Origin: Malacoraja senta
Lineage: Eukaryota
DNA length: 60,000 bases
Direction of reading: 5' to 3'
Assembly: GCA_038087875.1 (NCBI GenBank)
Contig: CM075990.1
Location: 15,502,001 to 15,562,000, forward strand
The stretch's first letter is position 1. Each line of letters opens with the position of its first letter. Positions 39,106 to 53,918 of this stretch are shown here, one piece after another. The position numbers and the translations under genes are program-made. The notes beneath the pieces were generated by a model. It ran no database searches. It had not been told where the DNA came from and worked only from the letters and a program-made list of their open reading frames with translations.

Positions 39106-42100
39106 TAGTTTAGTATAGGTTTTAGTTTAGTTCAGCGATACAATGGGTGGAAACAGGCCCACGAGTCCCCGCCCACCATCGATCACCCATACACTAGTTC
39201 TATCCTACAAACTAGGGACAACTTACACAAGCCAATTAACCTACAAACCTGTACCTCTTTGGAGTGTGGGAGGAGATCGCAGCACCCGGAGAAAACCCAC
39301 GCGGGTCACTGGGAGAATGAACAAACTGGGTACAGACAGCACCCGTAGTCAGGATTGAACCCGGGTCTCTGGCAGCAATTCTACTGCCGCGCCACCGTGC
39401 TGCTCAAGTTTGGAGGATCAAAATGTCTGTGGTACAAGAGTCCTCTCACCACTAGCACCACTGGACACCCCTAAGATTTTTAAAAAATGGGAGCAGGAGA
39501 GGATTATTACTACTCTCCCACCATTCAGCGACCAGTGTCAGGTATTAATAAAATGACTAGGCTCTCATCCAGGGGACAGGCTCTGTGGTGTATCCCATAG
39601 CCACGTGTTTGTTGGTAGTTGGAGCAGAACACGGGAGGGAAGGGTTCTTGAAACCGCACTAAAAATCTAAAACATCGCTTCTTTGAAAGGAACAAATCAC
39701 ACAGCAAGGATTAGGGTCAGCGGCATTTGTACAATTCTGCTACACAAAACACAACAGTTGGAATCATCCCGGCACCCAGTGTATAAAACAAGGGCAGTGT
39801 TCTTCCTAGATTATCTGCTTTCCCAAAGACCGGGTTCATTAACTAAAACATTCTAATTTTAACCAACCCAATTTTGAGAACTGGAAATAAACATTTTAAC
39901 CATATAATCTTAGCAACAAAATTAAATTATTTCTACCCAAGTTTAAGTACGACCGCAGAATTACCTGTTCTGTTTAAAGGCGACTCTATTCTGTTGGACA
40001 ATCTGGGTGCAATCCAGCCCATAGATGGTGGATGTGTTCCCTTTGCTGAGACTCTAAGCTACCCAGATATGGATAACGTCAACGTGGAGACACAAGGAAC
40101 TGCAGATGCTGGAGTCTTGAGTAAGACACCAAGTGTTGGAGTAACTCAGCAGGTCAGGCAGCATCGGTGGAGGGAATGGATAGGTGACGTTTCAGGTTAG
40201 GACCCTTCTCCGGACTTCATGAGGCAAGACTGGCTGTCTGTGGACACTGGCATAAGAAACCCGAGTGTGCTGTGGAGAGATTAAGCAGAGTGGGGCTATC
40301 GTCCCACTGTGGCTAAGAAATGGTGGAGGCAGATACAACAGTTGCATTTAAGATAGACACATCGAAGAGCAGGGAATGGAGGGATGTGGACTACAGGAAA
40401 CAAGCATCTGGCCATCAAGCCTTGTCCTGCCATTCAACATGATCATGGCTGATCTGTGTTGGTCTCAACTCCTCTTTTGTGCCAATTTTCAAAGGAATCC
40501 CTCTAGTATTTCTCCATCGCCACGTTAAATACATCTGATGACATCCCACTGCCCTCAGGGAGCAGAGAGATCCAGAGATGCACAACCCCCAAGAGGGTCA
40601 CTGCAGGCCTCTGTCATGTAGGAAAAAAAGGGTGACTGCAGTCACAACAAATGATCTGACTGCCTCAGTAACAATCATGGCTGTGTCGCACGAAAATATA
40701 ATGGTGATCAGAAACAGGCAGCAACTTGGAAGGAACATAAGTGGTGGGTTTGGAAGCCTGCCATTGTGCAAGCATCAATTTAGTTGAAGCAAAATTTACA
40801 TTTATGTGTAACTTTTATGATTGTAATTACCTAAAACGACCAGCATAGGCAGATGATGAGCTTTGGGATGTGATCTATATCCCACTCAGCTGGTGCCTAT
40901 AAATCTCCTGTGATTGTTAGCTGCGAGCTGTCAGGCCAATCTACCATAGGAAATAAATCGTATTTCACAGCTCAACATATATCTTTGATTTACGTTACAC
41001 CTGGTTATGCTATAGTCAAGCTCAGGATGTTTAATGATAGACTAGGGTTCTTAAAGTGATAAATCTTCCATTGCCGACATTGATATTCACCCAACTAAAT
41101 GAAGATTAAAATTCACCATTTTTAAAAAAATGTACCCACAATTGTAAATGTTCATAATTGACTCGGAAAATATTCGGAGTTATCTATCAGTGAGGCTTTC
41201 TTATAGTCTGTTGGGAGATTCAACTCCATAATACACACAATAGCTGTCATGATCCTTACAGGCCCAAAACAGTTGGGAGGTTGACAGACCACAATAATAT
41301 TTACATGATTGTTTAAGCAGCTTAGGTTGAGTGAAATATCCATTGGGGGAACGGTGTAAAAAATGTCAAGGGTGAGGTTTTATGGCCCAAGATATTTCTC
41401 TCTGGTGCCCTTGCTATCAACAGTGTCTGCATGACTTAAGGCCAACACTATTGGGAGAAGCAAATCTAATTGTTGACCTGGGAACGAATGTGGTTGGAAA
41501 TGTAAGTCATGGACAGTAGTTTCAGAGGCCGGGAGGAGTCATAGATTCATAGAGTTATACAGCACTGAAACAGGCCCTTCGGCCCCACTAGTCCATGCCG
41601 ACACAGATGGCCCATCTAAGCTAGCCCCATCGGCTTGCATTTGCATTGAAGGATGGGACATTTTCTACTGTGTTGTTTGAAAACAAAAATAATTCATCCA
41701 GTGACATTGTTTGTCGGGGTCAAAGACGTTCTCGGGGATTAGATTCCAATTCCATCAAAAATAGTTTTTGTGGGTCAGAGAGGTCGTTCAGTGGTAATTG
41801 TGTCTGTGGAAACTGAGATGGACTTCATTCAATAAAGTGGAGCAACTGTGGTGAAAGCGGGCCAGAGGAATGTTGCTGGCATGGTGGAGGCCTCCACAGA
41901 GCAGACAGTACAAGAGAAGACACTCACTGATTGTTGACAATAACTTCCCCATTTGGTGTGTTATGGTGTGGGCCATAGATGCTGCTGTCATTTACAGAAC
42001 AGAGGCAGCAATGGGGTACCCTGAATGTTCCAGTCCATATAATTAAAAAACTAAGAGAGAAAATATATATATATTTTTTAAACCTCTACAGGAATAGGCT

Positions 42101-45100
42101 GGCCATTGGTTGGGAAGTCTGTCTTACCTCTGGGCTGACAGTGGGAAGGCTGCATGCTGAAACCATAATACACCCACTCAGCAAAACTGCATGAGAAAGA
42201 ATTAATGACAACCCCTGCTGTTTAATAAAATACAGTCTTTCAACATACCGGACTGGTTTACAACGCAGCTGCACAGAACAGGCTGAGAACCTTGCTGTTT
42301 TGCAGTAAATTTAGTATAAAAACTGTTTTCTAAAAGTCACCAAGAGTAGAGTCGCCTTTGAACTAACCAGCTAATGAAGTAACATGTGATTCAACTCCCT
42401 TATGCCATTTAGCCCGTGCTCTGGGATATTCAAACACTTAAACCTATTGTTTGGGAATGCTGTGATGTTCCATTTTTCTCATAGGTGGCCTTTGCCTTTT
42501 GGTATGTGGGCCGAATCACCATCCAATTTGGAAACAGCAGCATGTTTCAAATAAAATCGTATTTTATAAAGCATTTCTTGTCCCCCATTACACATATCAT
42601 CGCTCTCCATAAAACAGGATGGATTGGGTGGTTCCTGAGTTTTACCTCTCTGACTGCCTTTGATTTCAAAGGACCATCACAGAATTCCATTGCAAATGCA
42701 TGACAGAGGGAAAAAGTGTCTAACAACATACAATTTAGGAATCAATAGCACCCACCAAATTAATAGCTCTTCTTACTTATGCCAAACCAACATATGGCAA
42801 ATTCCGTTAGATGCAAATACTAATGATCTTCATTTTCCTTTCGCAAACGGCTAAATTCCATTTCCCCCTTACTGTTTTGCCGCTATGTTAGTCTGCAGCC
42901 TGCCTACAAACCTGCCAAGGAATAGGTAAAATAAAGGCCGTGCATCCAGGAGAAACAGTGAACAGTTATACCATGTTGGACCTTGAGCACTGATAATCCA
43001 TGTCATTGGGAGTCTGGACCCACTAGGCTTTCACATATAAACTGAAAGAGCTGTCGGTTCATCCGTGCTGAGCCAAGGCAGGTGCGAATCTCACTTACAC
43101 CATCCAGTTTGTCCCATCATGTGCTCTCGTGGCCTTGCAGTTTTTCCGAACTATTGTTCTGTGGTGGACTAACCTCTCCAACACGATTGGGATGCCGCTT
43201 GAAAGGACACCATGTTTGGGAACTGTGGCAAGTAGTTGTGCAATAGCATCAGAGAGAAATACAAGTTGGAATCAGGCATTTCAATCCATTGCAACCATCA
43301 AGCGACCATTTACGCTTAATCCCACGCGAATCTCATTCTACTCTCTCCTCATTCCCATCAACTCTTCCCAGGATCTACCACTAACCTACACACCAGGGAA
43401 AGTATACATTGACCAATTAATGTCACCCTTCACATCTTTGGGATGCTGGAAGAAAATTAACACTAAGGGGAAACCCACGTGATCACAGGGAGAACATGCA
43501 AACTCCACAGAGACAACACCTGAGGTCAGGATTGAACCTGGAATGATGGATGTGCTGGAAGGGCACTTATAGTTGCAGTACTTTGCTGCCAATTCGTTGA
43601 TCTATCTAATTCTGCACTTGTTCTTTATCCGTACACTACTGAAGGTATCATTTTTGATCCTGTTGAGGGAACAATCCAGATCTCATTAAAGATTTGAGAG
43701 GAAGGTTGTCATCCAAAATGATCCGGTTTTCACAGTATCTGCCTGACTTTCCACTTCCCTCAATGTTTAGTTTAGTTTAGAAATACTGCATTGGAAGAGG
43801 CCCTTCATGCTCGCTCTATGTTATCACACTTTCCTGTCCTCTGCCTACATACAGAGGCCAATGAACGTACAAACCTGCACATCTTTAGGACATAGGAGGA
43901 AACCAGAGCAACTGAAGGAAACCCATGTGGTTACAAGGAGAACAAACAAACTCCACACAGACAGCACCCGAGGTCAGGATCGAACCCGGGTCTCTGGCGC
44001 AATGAAGCAGCAGTCCTACCTATAATCCCATTCCCCTTTTGTCAATTCCCCTTTAATCTTCTTATCACCACATCTCCTTCTAATTATTCCACACAGTCCA
44101 TTATTCCATGGCCCTTTATCTGATTCACCATTACTTAATTTACCCTTGACATGGCTAACAATTTACAGAAGTGGCAAAGCTTCAACATTTTTCACTGGCT
44201 GAAAGACACTTTGAGATGTCCTGAATGGGGTGTGAAAGACACTGTACAATTGAGTCTGTTCAATCCACTTCAGATTGGTGGATAAAGGGAATTGTGCAGA
44301 CAAGGCGTGACTGCTCCTTTATGGATGAAGATGCATCTGTCCTTGCGGTGCCCAGAAGTAAGGCAGATGTTGTGATATGAGTGAGGAAGAGTAAAAGGAG
44401 ACATGGACTCCAGTGAGGTGCATAACTCCTGCCCCAGGCACGAAAGCTGCTTCAAGGATAAGTTGTGCAGGAAGGAACTACAGATGGTAGTTTACACCAA
44501 AGATAGTCACAAAGTGCTGGAGTAACTCAGCGAGACAGGCAGCATCTCTGGAGAGATGGAATGGGTGACGTTTTGGGTAGGGGCCCTTCTTCAGACCGGT
44601 CGTTTTGGGTCGAGACCCTTCTTCAGATAAGGGTTGTTCTCAACAGCCAGCAGATGTAAGTTCCTCAAGCTTGCTCCCCTATTCAATGAGATGAAGGCTA
44701 ATCTGAGCCCATTCTCCCACCCTGATGTGTCCAAAGTGTCCAAAATCTTCTGATTTCAACCTTGAATTTTTCCTAACACTGAGTACCCTCTTTCTCTGCC
44801 AAGGTCTCTGGGTCGAGAATTACAACAACTCACAATCAGTGTAATAAAAATTCTTCTCATTCTTCTCGACGCTTTATGATGAGATCCTGACCCTTTCTTG
44901 TAGAATCTCCAATCTGAGGAAAGACCCTCTCAGCATCCACGTGCCAAATCCACTCAGAACCTTGTATGCTTCAATGAAATCACCTCACTGTGTAAAATCA
45001 AGACAATATTGACCAATAACGCTCAATATCTCCTCGTTCCTTGAAATCAATTTAAAGAACCTACACTGTCGAACCTTGAAAGGTAGTATACCTTTCTCAG

Positions 45101-46189
45101 TTACAGAGACCAGAACCACACACAACCCTTGAGGAGCAGCCTTACCAAGTCTATATTTAGTTCCGGAGAGCTTACATTCCATGTCTCTTGCAATGAGATA
45201 GTGGCTGACTTTGATGTTTATGTTCCTGGACATTTCCGCTCAACAGCGGGAGATGATTGCTGAATCCCCTAACCCGCGTTGAATAAATATGTCCCGCAGG
45301 TGATGGCACTGTTAGCTCAGGCCACAGATTTCAATAACTTATCTGTGGAAACAAACCAGCATGAAAGCGTTCTAGACATCCATCGTCCAGCCTAATTTCT
45401 GACTGTGCAAGGTACTGTTGATAACATTGCTACTCACTCTCTTCATCCTCAGACAGACAGAAACTGTGCTCTATTCCAGTGTGGCTGGTTCATGATGACA
45501 GGACCAGAGGAATTCTCATCCAAATTGTTTCTCGGCATTATCCCCAGGATAAAGCCTTCAGCTGCCAAGATCTAAAGCCCTGAGGTTCTAACCCTAACTC
45601 CCTCTGCTTCATTCATCTCTTTGACTAAGCCCTTGATCATCTTTCCCAAAACCACTTGTGGCTAGGTATTAAATTCTGTTTGAAATGTATTGTTTGAAGT
45701 GTTTTAGCTTGATTTCGATGTTAAAGGAGCGATGTGAAGAATGTCACGGTTGCTGCTAACATCTCTCCAATACTGACCATGAACATTTTAATTTGTTTTA
45801 AATCCATGTTTGGAAGATATGACAGGCAAGGGCAGCATTTATTACTTATCCTTAATTGGCCTCGAGATGGCTGTGGTGAACTGCCGTCCCAAACTATTGC
45901 AGTCCTGTTGAAGATAATCCCACAGTCCAATGTGGAGTGAGTCCAGGATTTAGATACAGTGACAATGAAGGAAAGTTGACACATTTTGAATTCAGGATGG
46001 TGTGTAATTTGGGGGAGAATCTGCAACTGGTGGCATTACCATGCATGTTTTTCCCTTGTCCTTCTTGGTGACAGATGATGTGCGTTTGAGAGATGCTGTC
46101 AGTGCAGCCTGGGTGAGTGCTTGTGACTGGTACACACAACAGCCGCTGCGTGCCAGGGGTGGTGGGAATGAATACTTACAATGGTGGAT

Positions 46190-46608
46190 GAGTGGGAGAC
46201 CTCACTGAAACCTATGTTTGGAAGGCATGATAGGCAAGGGCATAATGAAAAGCCTAGACAGAGTGGACGTGGAAAGGATATTCCCAGTAATTCGTGAGTT
46301 TAGAACCAAAGGGCACAGCCTCTGAATTAAAGGACATATGTTTGGAATGGAGATGAGGAAGAATTTCCTTAGCTGGAGGGGGGTGAATCTGTGGAGGTAA
46401 TTGCTACAGACGGTTGTGGAGGTCAATTCAATGGATATTTTTAAGGTGGAGATTGAAAGATGCTTGATTAGTATGGGTTTCAGGGGTTATGGACCAAAGG
46501 CAGGAGAATGGGGTTGTGAGGGAAAGATAGATCAGCCATGATTGAATGGCGGAGTAGACTTGATGAACCGAATGGCCTAATTCTGCTCCTATAATATATG
46601 AATTTATG
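46190..46608 (+). mobile_element. CR1 LINE 3' fragment
   Basis: agaaccaaagggcacagcctc...gaatggcggagtagacttgatg 3'UTR. Confidence 0.78.
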
Positions 46609-47941
46609 ACTCTGGCTGGAATGGATCCTAATCCCATTTCTTTCTGTCTGTACTATGGTATGCAAATCTGAGCTGGTAGCATCATCTCACATTTTGTGTT
46701 TTTTCCATAGTACTCAACCTAGATGGCAGTACTCAATGGCTCCTTCTGAGAAATGTGTTTAAAATAAGCAAATGTTTTGGAATTTCTTTCTCTCAGCGTG
46801 TTCCGAGACATACTTATATTTAAGGATTCCCAGAACTGAACGTTCCAACAATAAACATCAACAGTGATTAAGTAAATTTGACAATATAGTTTGTAAGAGG
46901 AGCAATGCCCAGAATAATCAGGTAATTCATTCGAAAATCCCCCTTGAATTGTTGCAGGGAAATATGTGAGATATTTGTTTAAACCACTGTGTCTTCTTTA
47001 AAAACGTAAGCACTTTCATTTAAATCTTTCACTCGTTTTAAGCATCATTAAATGTTCCTTCGCACAATTTTATTTCTCTTTGCGCTGTATCAGCCATCAA
47101 TCTGCCCAGCCTGCTAACACATCAATCTTTAATCTCCTCTGCTTTCTATAGTTGCCTTGACCCAAGATCAATATCATTGGTCAACCCTCATCTCAATCAT
47201 TTAATTCAAAGCTAAGTGAGAGGCAAATGGATGTGACCTGTTGTGGTGCGTGATTGTGGGACTGGCTGTTTCGTTGCATGTTTGTTGGATTGGCATGGGG
47301 AGCATTGATTCCTGTTTGCTGGAGGAACTGATGTCTCTCAGACCTAGAGCGAACTATGCAAGTGCTCCTGTCCACTACTGATGCACAGAGTGCCCAATCC
47401 AACCCCCGGCATCCAAGGCAATGAGTGTCACTTGTCATCTATCTGCCACCATGCTCCCGAGATCACGCCAACATTTGGCTGCTGCCTGAAGTCAGACAAA
47501 TCTCTTTCCCACCACAAGGGCACACCAAGGTCGATGAAACTTGGAAAAGTCTAATTGAACTCATAGGCAGTCACGTACATTTGGTGAAAGACCAGAGGCA
47601 GAAGGTCCCCAATCGAGTTTTGCGATGTGAACTATATATAGGGTTTGTCCACAGGCAGACACGTATGCCTGAAGTACTAATGGAAAATAAATCCTCTCCT
47701 GTGGCTGTGGAGCTCATTTCAACTCAAGGGCCAATCCACAAATAAAGTATTACTGCAAAAGTCTCTGCTATACCATAAACCTATCCAACTTCAATAGCAA
47801 TCCATAAAACAATGGGTTTAATTTTTAGCTAGTCCAGCTAAATGAAATTTGGTAGAACATAGAGCACAGAACAATACAGTACAGGAACAGGCTCTTCAGT
47901 CCATAATGTCTGAACATGATGTCAAGACTAACTAACACCGG

Positions 47942-48235
47942 GCAGTCAGAGTGGCACAGCAGTAGAGCTGCTGCCTTACAGCGAATGCAGTGCCGGAGAC
48001 CCGGGTTCGATCCTGATTACGGGTGCTGTTTGTACGTTCTTCCCATGACCTGCGTGGGTTTTCTCCGAGATCTTCGGTTTCCTCCCACATTCCAAAGACG
48101 TGCAGGTTTGTAGGTTAATTGGCATGGTAAATGTAAAAATTGTCCCTAGTGGGTGCAGGATAGTGTTAATATGCGGGGATTACTGGGCCGAAGGGCCTGT
48201 TTCCATGCTGTATCTCTAAAACTAAAAAACTAAAA
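47942..48235 (+). mobile_element. HE1-type (V-domain) tRNA-derived SINE inserted in a CR1 tail
   Basis: A box tggcacagcag, B box ggttcgatcc (48004-48013), V-like tcggtttcctcccacattccaaagacgtgcagg and a ctaaaa tail. Confidence 0.85.
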
Positions 48236-48569
48236 CTTTTATCTGCTTGCACATAATCTATATACCTCCATTCCCTGCATTTGTATGTGCCTATCCAAAA
48301 GTCTCTTAAACACCACTAATGTATATACCTCCACCACCACAAATGAGTGTTAATTTGATGATCAACACTCTGTGCCTTCTTCCTCATCAATCCTTGAATT
48401 CAACATAGATTTAGTCAGTCTATCGCAAATCTGCCCGTGAGGATGCCCATCTGCCCAAAAGTGTGCGAGTGAGAAATAGATCAATAGTTCATTGGAACCC
48501 ATGGCTCATTAATAAACTGCTTCTGTAGATTATTAATGTCCAATTCCCTTCCCATGCCATTCGTCTGGT

Positions 48570-49066
48570 CCGCCATTCAATCATGGCTGATCTATCTCTC
48601 CCTCCTAACCCCATTCTCCTGCCTTCTCCCTATAAACCTCTGACACCTGTACTAATCAAAAATCTATCTATCTCTGCCTTGAAAAAAATATCCACTAACT
48701 TTGCCTCCATAGAATCCCACAGATTCACCACCCTCTGACTAAAGACATTTATCCTCATCTCCTTCCTAAAAGAACGTCCTTTAATTTTGAGGCTATGACC
48801 ACTAGTTCTAGACTCACTAGTGCAAACATCCTCTCCACATCCACTCTATCCAAGCCTTTCACTATTCTGTATGTTTCAATGAGGTCCCCCCTCATTCTTC
48901 TAAACTCCAGCGTGTCCAGGCCCAGTGCCGACTAACGCTCATCATAGGTTAACCTACTCATTCCTGGAATCATTCTTGTAAACCTCCTCTGGACCCTCTC
49001 CAGAGCCAGCACATCCTTCCTCAGATATGGTGCCCACAATTGCTCACAATATTTCAAATGCGGCCT
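48570..49066 (-). mobile_element. CR1 LINE 3' fragment
   Basis: Reverse complement of the family seen at 12980-13410. Confidence 0.8.
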
Positions 49067-49944
49067 TACAGAGACTCAGCACTTTCTAACACTTCCTCCT
49101 TCAATCTCAGATTTCCTTCATTCACAGGATTTGGCTTTTGAGATTGTGACGTTGAACGCTCTGTGACTTGCCACATAATGTCACGGCTCAAGTGCAGTTC
49201 ATGGTGAATGATATATGTGTAAAAGACAAGCTTGATTGATCGAAAGATGCAACATGGAAACAGGCCTTTCAGCTCCGAATCCACGCCGAGCATTGATCAT
49301 CTGTTCACACTAGTTCTATGTTATCCCACATTCGCATCAGGTCAATTTGCAGAGCCTCATTAACCTACAAACCCACATGGCTTTGCGATGTGGAAGGAAA
49401 CCAGAGGACCAGGAGGAAACCCACGTGGTCACAGGGGGAACATATATACACTCCACACAGACAGCGCCCAAGGCCAGGATTGAACCCTGGTCTCTGGCGC
49501 TGTGAGGCTGTAGCTCCACCACTAAGCCGCCACTGTATGACTGATTAAACTGCTCAAATATAATGATCAAATTGATCCATAATTAAAGGATTCTCATTAG
49601 AACCAGACACGCAAATGCCAACTGAGCCCTATAGAGAACACTTCCCACAGTTCCAGTACATGGTATCTTCATGTTATTGTCCACGCTCTTTATATCATTC
49701 TGTGTTGAAGATCCAACATGGAAAATTAAAATGTTTCCGACACAAATTGGAATGACATAAATGCAAATTGAAAAACATCTGAGAAATCCAGTGAGAATAT
49801 TTTTTGGTTATTGAGAATATTATTATTATTTTTTTTTAATTTTGGGAAGCTAGGACTGGCTTGGCCTTCACCTTACCACCTGGTGCAGGTTTGGGTGACC
49901 CCAGACTGCACTGACTGTTCTGTAGTAAAGAGGTGATATTTTAC

Positions 49945-50115
49945 CAAACCCCCGAGGATGAAGAAGACCATGAAGAGGCGGCCGAGCGTGGTCCGTGCGT
50001 AAACGTCCCCGTATCCGACCGTCGACATGGTGACCATCAGCAAGTAGACACATTCCCAGTAGGTCAGTGGTTGGGAGTTCTGGAAATTTTCCCACGGATC
50101 CCCTGAGTTCTCCAC
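49945..50115 (-). CDS. KCNMA1: BK pore exon (exon 8 equivalent, 171 nt): [57 protein letters not shown]
   Basis: Contains the K+ selectivity filter TVGYGD, the pore helix and S6. Acceptor cgcag|GTG, donor TTG|gtaaaa, phase 0-0. Visible in ORF 49873..50214. Confidence 0.98.
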
Positions 50116-51316
50116 CTGCGAGGAACGTGAGGAAACAGCAAAGGTTAAACACGAGATGGGAAGATTGGAGCAACACAAGGATGGGAGGAAGCATTGGTAT
50201 GACTTCAGCTCCACCTAGTGTCGACACACGGACAGTGAGCAGCCTTTTCCTGGGAAGGCTTCCTCGGTTCATAGCTAGACAAACGCTGCAAACTGCTATT
50301 TCCCTTCTACTTGCTCCTCTCCTGAAGCGGTTCAACAGGGTGGTTGCGGAGTTAATGTCTCCACTAGCTGGGAACCAGTCTCAGAATCAGAGACATGAAT
50401 AAATGTATTCACCCAGAGGTTGTTATTCCTTGGAATTTACTGCCCAAGAGGATTGTGAAAGCGCATCCACTGAGTGTACTCAAAGCAGATTGTTGGATAT
50501 TAAGGGAATCGGGGGGAAATGTGGGCGGTACAGAAAAGAGGTCCCGAGGGAAAAGACCAGGCATGATCATATTGAATGGCGGTGCAGGCTCGAAGGGCCG
50601 AATGGCCTACTCCTGCACCTATTTTCTATGTATCTATGTATCTATGATCTTACTAATGACAGGGCAGATAGAAAGGGCCGAGTGGCCTACTCATGCCTGT
50701 TCCTTAGCTTTGTATGTAGGCACAAGGAACTGCAGATGCTGGATTCTTGAGCAAAACACCAAGTGCCGGAGGAACTCAGCGGATCAGGCAGCATCTGTGG
50801 TGAGAATGGACAGGTAACATTTCGGGGTCAGGATTCTTTTTTGGATTGATTGCTGCCTGACCCGCTGAGTTCCTCCAGTATTTTGTGTTTAGCCCTTAGC
50901 TTTCCATGAGGTGGGCACAAATGTGGAAAAATGGGCCGAATGGCCTCCTATGCTATAAATGTTTTGGATTTTCTGAGGCTTTCAATGCCTGCATTTAACA
51001 TCCCGTTCTGTCACTGAATCAAGGAGTGAGGCATAACAGCACTGAGGGGCTGGATAGTCTTTCTCAGCTGGTTCATTAGGCGGGCCAGGCATGAATGGAG
51101 TAGAGGGGGAAATGCAGAAAAGTGGCCAGTATTTATTTCTTTACGGGTAGTTCAGTTCCAATGTGACAGTCACATTGCTAAGAAACCTTGTGTTAAAGAA
51201 ATTTGCGTGAGAAAAACAATCATGTCAATGGGGGAATTAAGGTACTTCAGCAATTTAGACACAATAAAAGGTTTATTTCCTGCAGGATTTTCAAAAATAA
51301 ATATCTTTATTAATAG

Positions 51317-51842
51317 CAAGGAACTACAGATGCTGCTTTATACCAAATATAGGCACAAAGTGCTTGAGTAATTCAATGGGCCAGGCAGCATCTCTGGAGA
51401 AAAAGGATGGGTGATGTTTCGGGTCAGGACACTTCTTCAGACCGAAAGTAGGGGATGTGGTGTGTGGGGGGGAGGGGGGGGGGGGTGAAGAGCTTGGAGG
51501 CAAGAAAAGGCCAGGACCAATTCAGGCCGGCCACAAATTACCTCAGGCAGGGCCGTATCTGGTAAGCCCATTGCTGGCTGGGGAAGGAGTGATCTCAAGA
51601 GGGAAACAATGTGGAGAACTGTGGAGCTGGTAAAAAGAACGAGGGTAGAGGAAGTGGACAAATGGGCAGGGAGAGGAGAGGGGAGGGGAGTGTAAGGAGA
51701 AGTTACTTAAAATGAGAGAATTCTAATTCTTCCCACCCTACTTTCAGTCTGAAGAAGGGTCAGGACGTGAAAAGTCACCCGTCCTTTTTCTCCAGCAATG
51801 TTGCCTGACCCGCTGAGCTACTCCAGCACTTTCGTGTCTAAC
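51317..51842. mobile_element. Penelope-derived element with inverted ends and a purine-rich internal segment
   Basis: caaggaactacagatgctg...cttcttcagaccgaaagtaggg and the inverted ccctactttcagtctgaagaaggg...ctccagcactttcgtgtcta. Confidence 0.7.
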
Positions 51843-52397
51843 TTTATTAATCGCTTTAGTTTATTTTTGTTACCCAAGCTAAAAATACCAAAGGCTGCAT
51901 GTTACGTTGTTTAGAAGAGTATCATTGCACAAGTGTTAACGGAAGACAGGTTAGTCAATTTCAATGGCCTTCTAAGGTGAGACTGACAGACCTTGTTCTT
52001 AAATGACACTGGTGTCTAATTACTGCGGGGGGATGGTTACAAGGAAACACTTTTTGGCCGAGAATGTTGTTATTTGTAAGACAGCTTTTTTTTCTGCTTG
52101 TCAATTTCTAAAGTAATATTTAATACATTGTTTCGTCAAATCACTGGACTACCCTGTTTAATTGAGATGGCCTCATATTAAATGCAGAGATGTTTCAAGA
52201 TAGCAAGCATCACCTTAATCCCATCCACGCAATGTACTGTATATAGTTCTTTTAATCAGACTTTGATAAAATAATTCACTTCAGATTGGACACTGCCCTG
52301 AGCAATATACTTAATATATAAAAATCGCAAAATCTTTACCGTTTGATAATACAACGCAACTCATCTGGTTGAAGATACCGTTTCAAGTGAACTTTTA

Positions 52398-52532
<135 letters not shown>

Positions 52533-53918
52533 CTATATTGTCAGAATGTATGTTTTTGCATTGACTGGCTGCCCTCGGAATATCGGAATTTTTAGGAGAA
52601 AAACAGTTACAGGAAATCAAAAGTCTAACACCATTAGAAAATATGGTGGAATACAACAAATCAATTAGACGCCTACATTATTTTAGAATTTTTTTATAAC
52701 CAAACAATTTAACTGGTTTGTACACGAGTAGGCAGCACAACTATATTCTGTCTCTCTATACAACTCCTGATTTAGCTGAAGCATCCAAGACATTATCATC
52801 TATTTATTCTTGCAGCCCTCTGGGGAGTGGAGTAGCCCTCTGGTCTGAAGATGGGGCTCAACCCATTCCTTCTCTCCAGAGAGGCTGCCTGTCCTGCTGA
52901 GTTACTCCAGCGTTTGTGACTGTCTTTGGTGTAAACCATCATCTGCAGTTCCTTCCTACACAGTAGACAGGACTGTTCGGTGAACGTTTGTAACTTTGCC
53001 GATGCCAAAACATCGCAACACTTGTGTACTGCCTGGGTGACCTCTGCTTGGGCTGCATGCAAAACCGGGCATGTCACGGTACATGTGACAATAAAGAATA
53101 ATGTAATTATTGAGCTGCAGGGTTTTCAGGTCAAATTACTCTCTGGATGGCGCTCACAGCCCACCTCAGGGGTACAAAAGAATCAAAAATAGATTCCAGA
53201 CATTTTGCTCACTGAAAGCAGGCCTCTTGAAGAGGTTACATGGACCTGTTATACATCTGGTGAACTCAAGCCATGGGAAGGCAACTGGGGCGGGGGGAAG
53301 CTGCAGCTTGGGGATACGTGGAGGGGTCAGACATGGTTAGCTGGGTTCCCAGCACGCACAGACCATCCCTGGGTGATGAACGGGTTCCATTTTCACAGAG
53401 GTCCTTAAGTTGATTTTGGCCTTTAATTGGTAAATACACAACAATCATTCGTGATGCTGACCATATCTCCACACTATTGTAACAAATGACATCAAAATCA
53501 CATAAGAGTGATAAGAAGGAACATTTGCTAAAAGTGGAGAGAGAGAGGAAACCATTTTCTCATTTATAGGAATGAAAAAATGTAAATACATCAGGTTTTT
53601 AAATTTAATAAGAATATGACAACTCGCTTGAACGTGTTGGTGTCTGCAACTCGGGCATTCGTAACACACAAACGCCTTGTATTGTGGGCAACTGAAGTCC
53701 CTGCTGAAATATGGTGATTATGTTACATAGAAAACCAAGGTAAAAGATGTCATCTTGATTGGGTCAATAAAAGGATGATCCCAACATCACAGGTATACAT
53801 GGGCAATATAATGTGGAGTAACCTCCAGTCAGGTAAGGGTCTCGAACCAAAACATCACCCATTCCTTCTCTCCAGAGATGCTGCCTGTCCCGCTGAGTTG
53901 CACCAGCTTTCTGTGCCT

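Noticed and set aside
41152..41343. Minus-strand ORF containing IIVVCQ, reminiscent of exon 10 HIVVCG
   Set aside because: Similarity is limited to four residues, it is in the wrong position (upstream of exon 9), and there are no matching splice sites.
47942..48020. tRNA-like A/B boxes, here and in other copies
   Set aside because: These are SINE heads followed by SINE body and tail, not tRNA genes.
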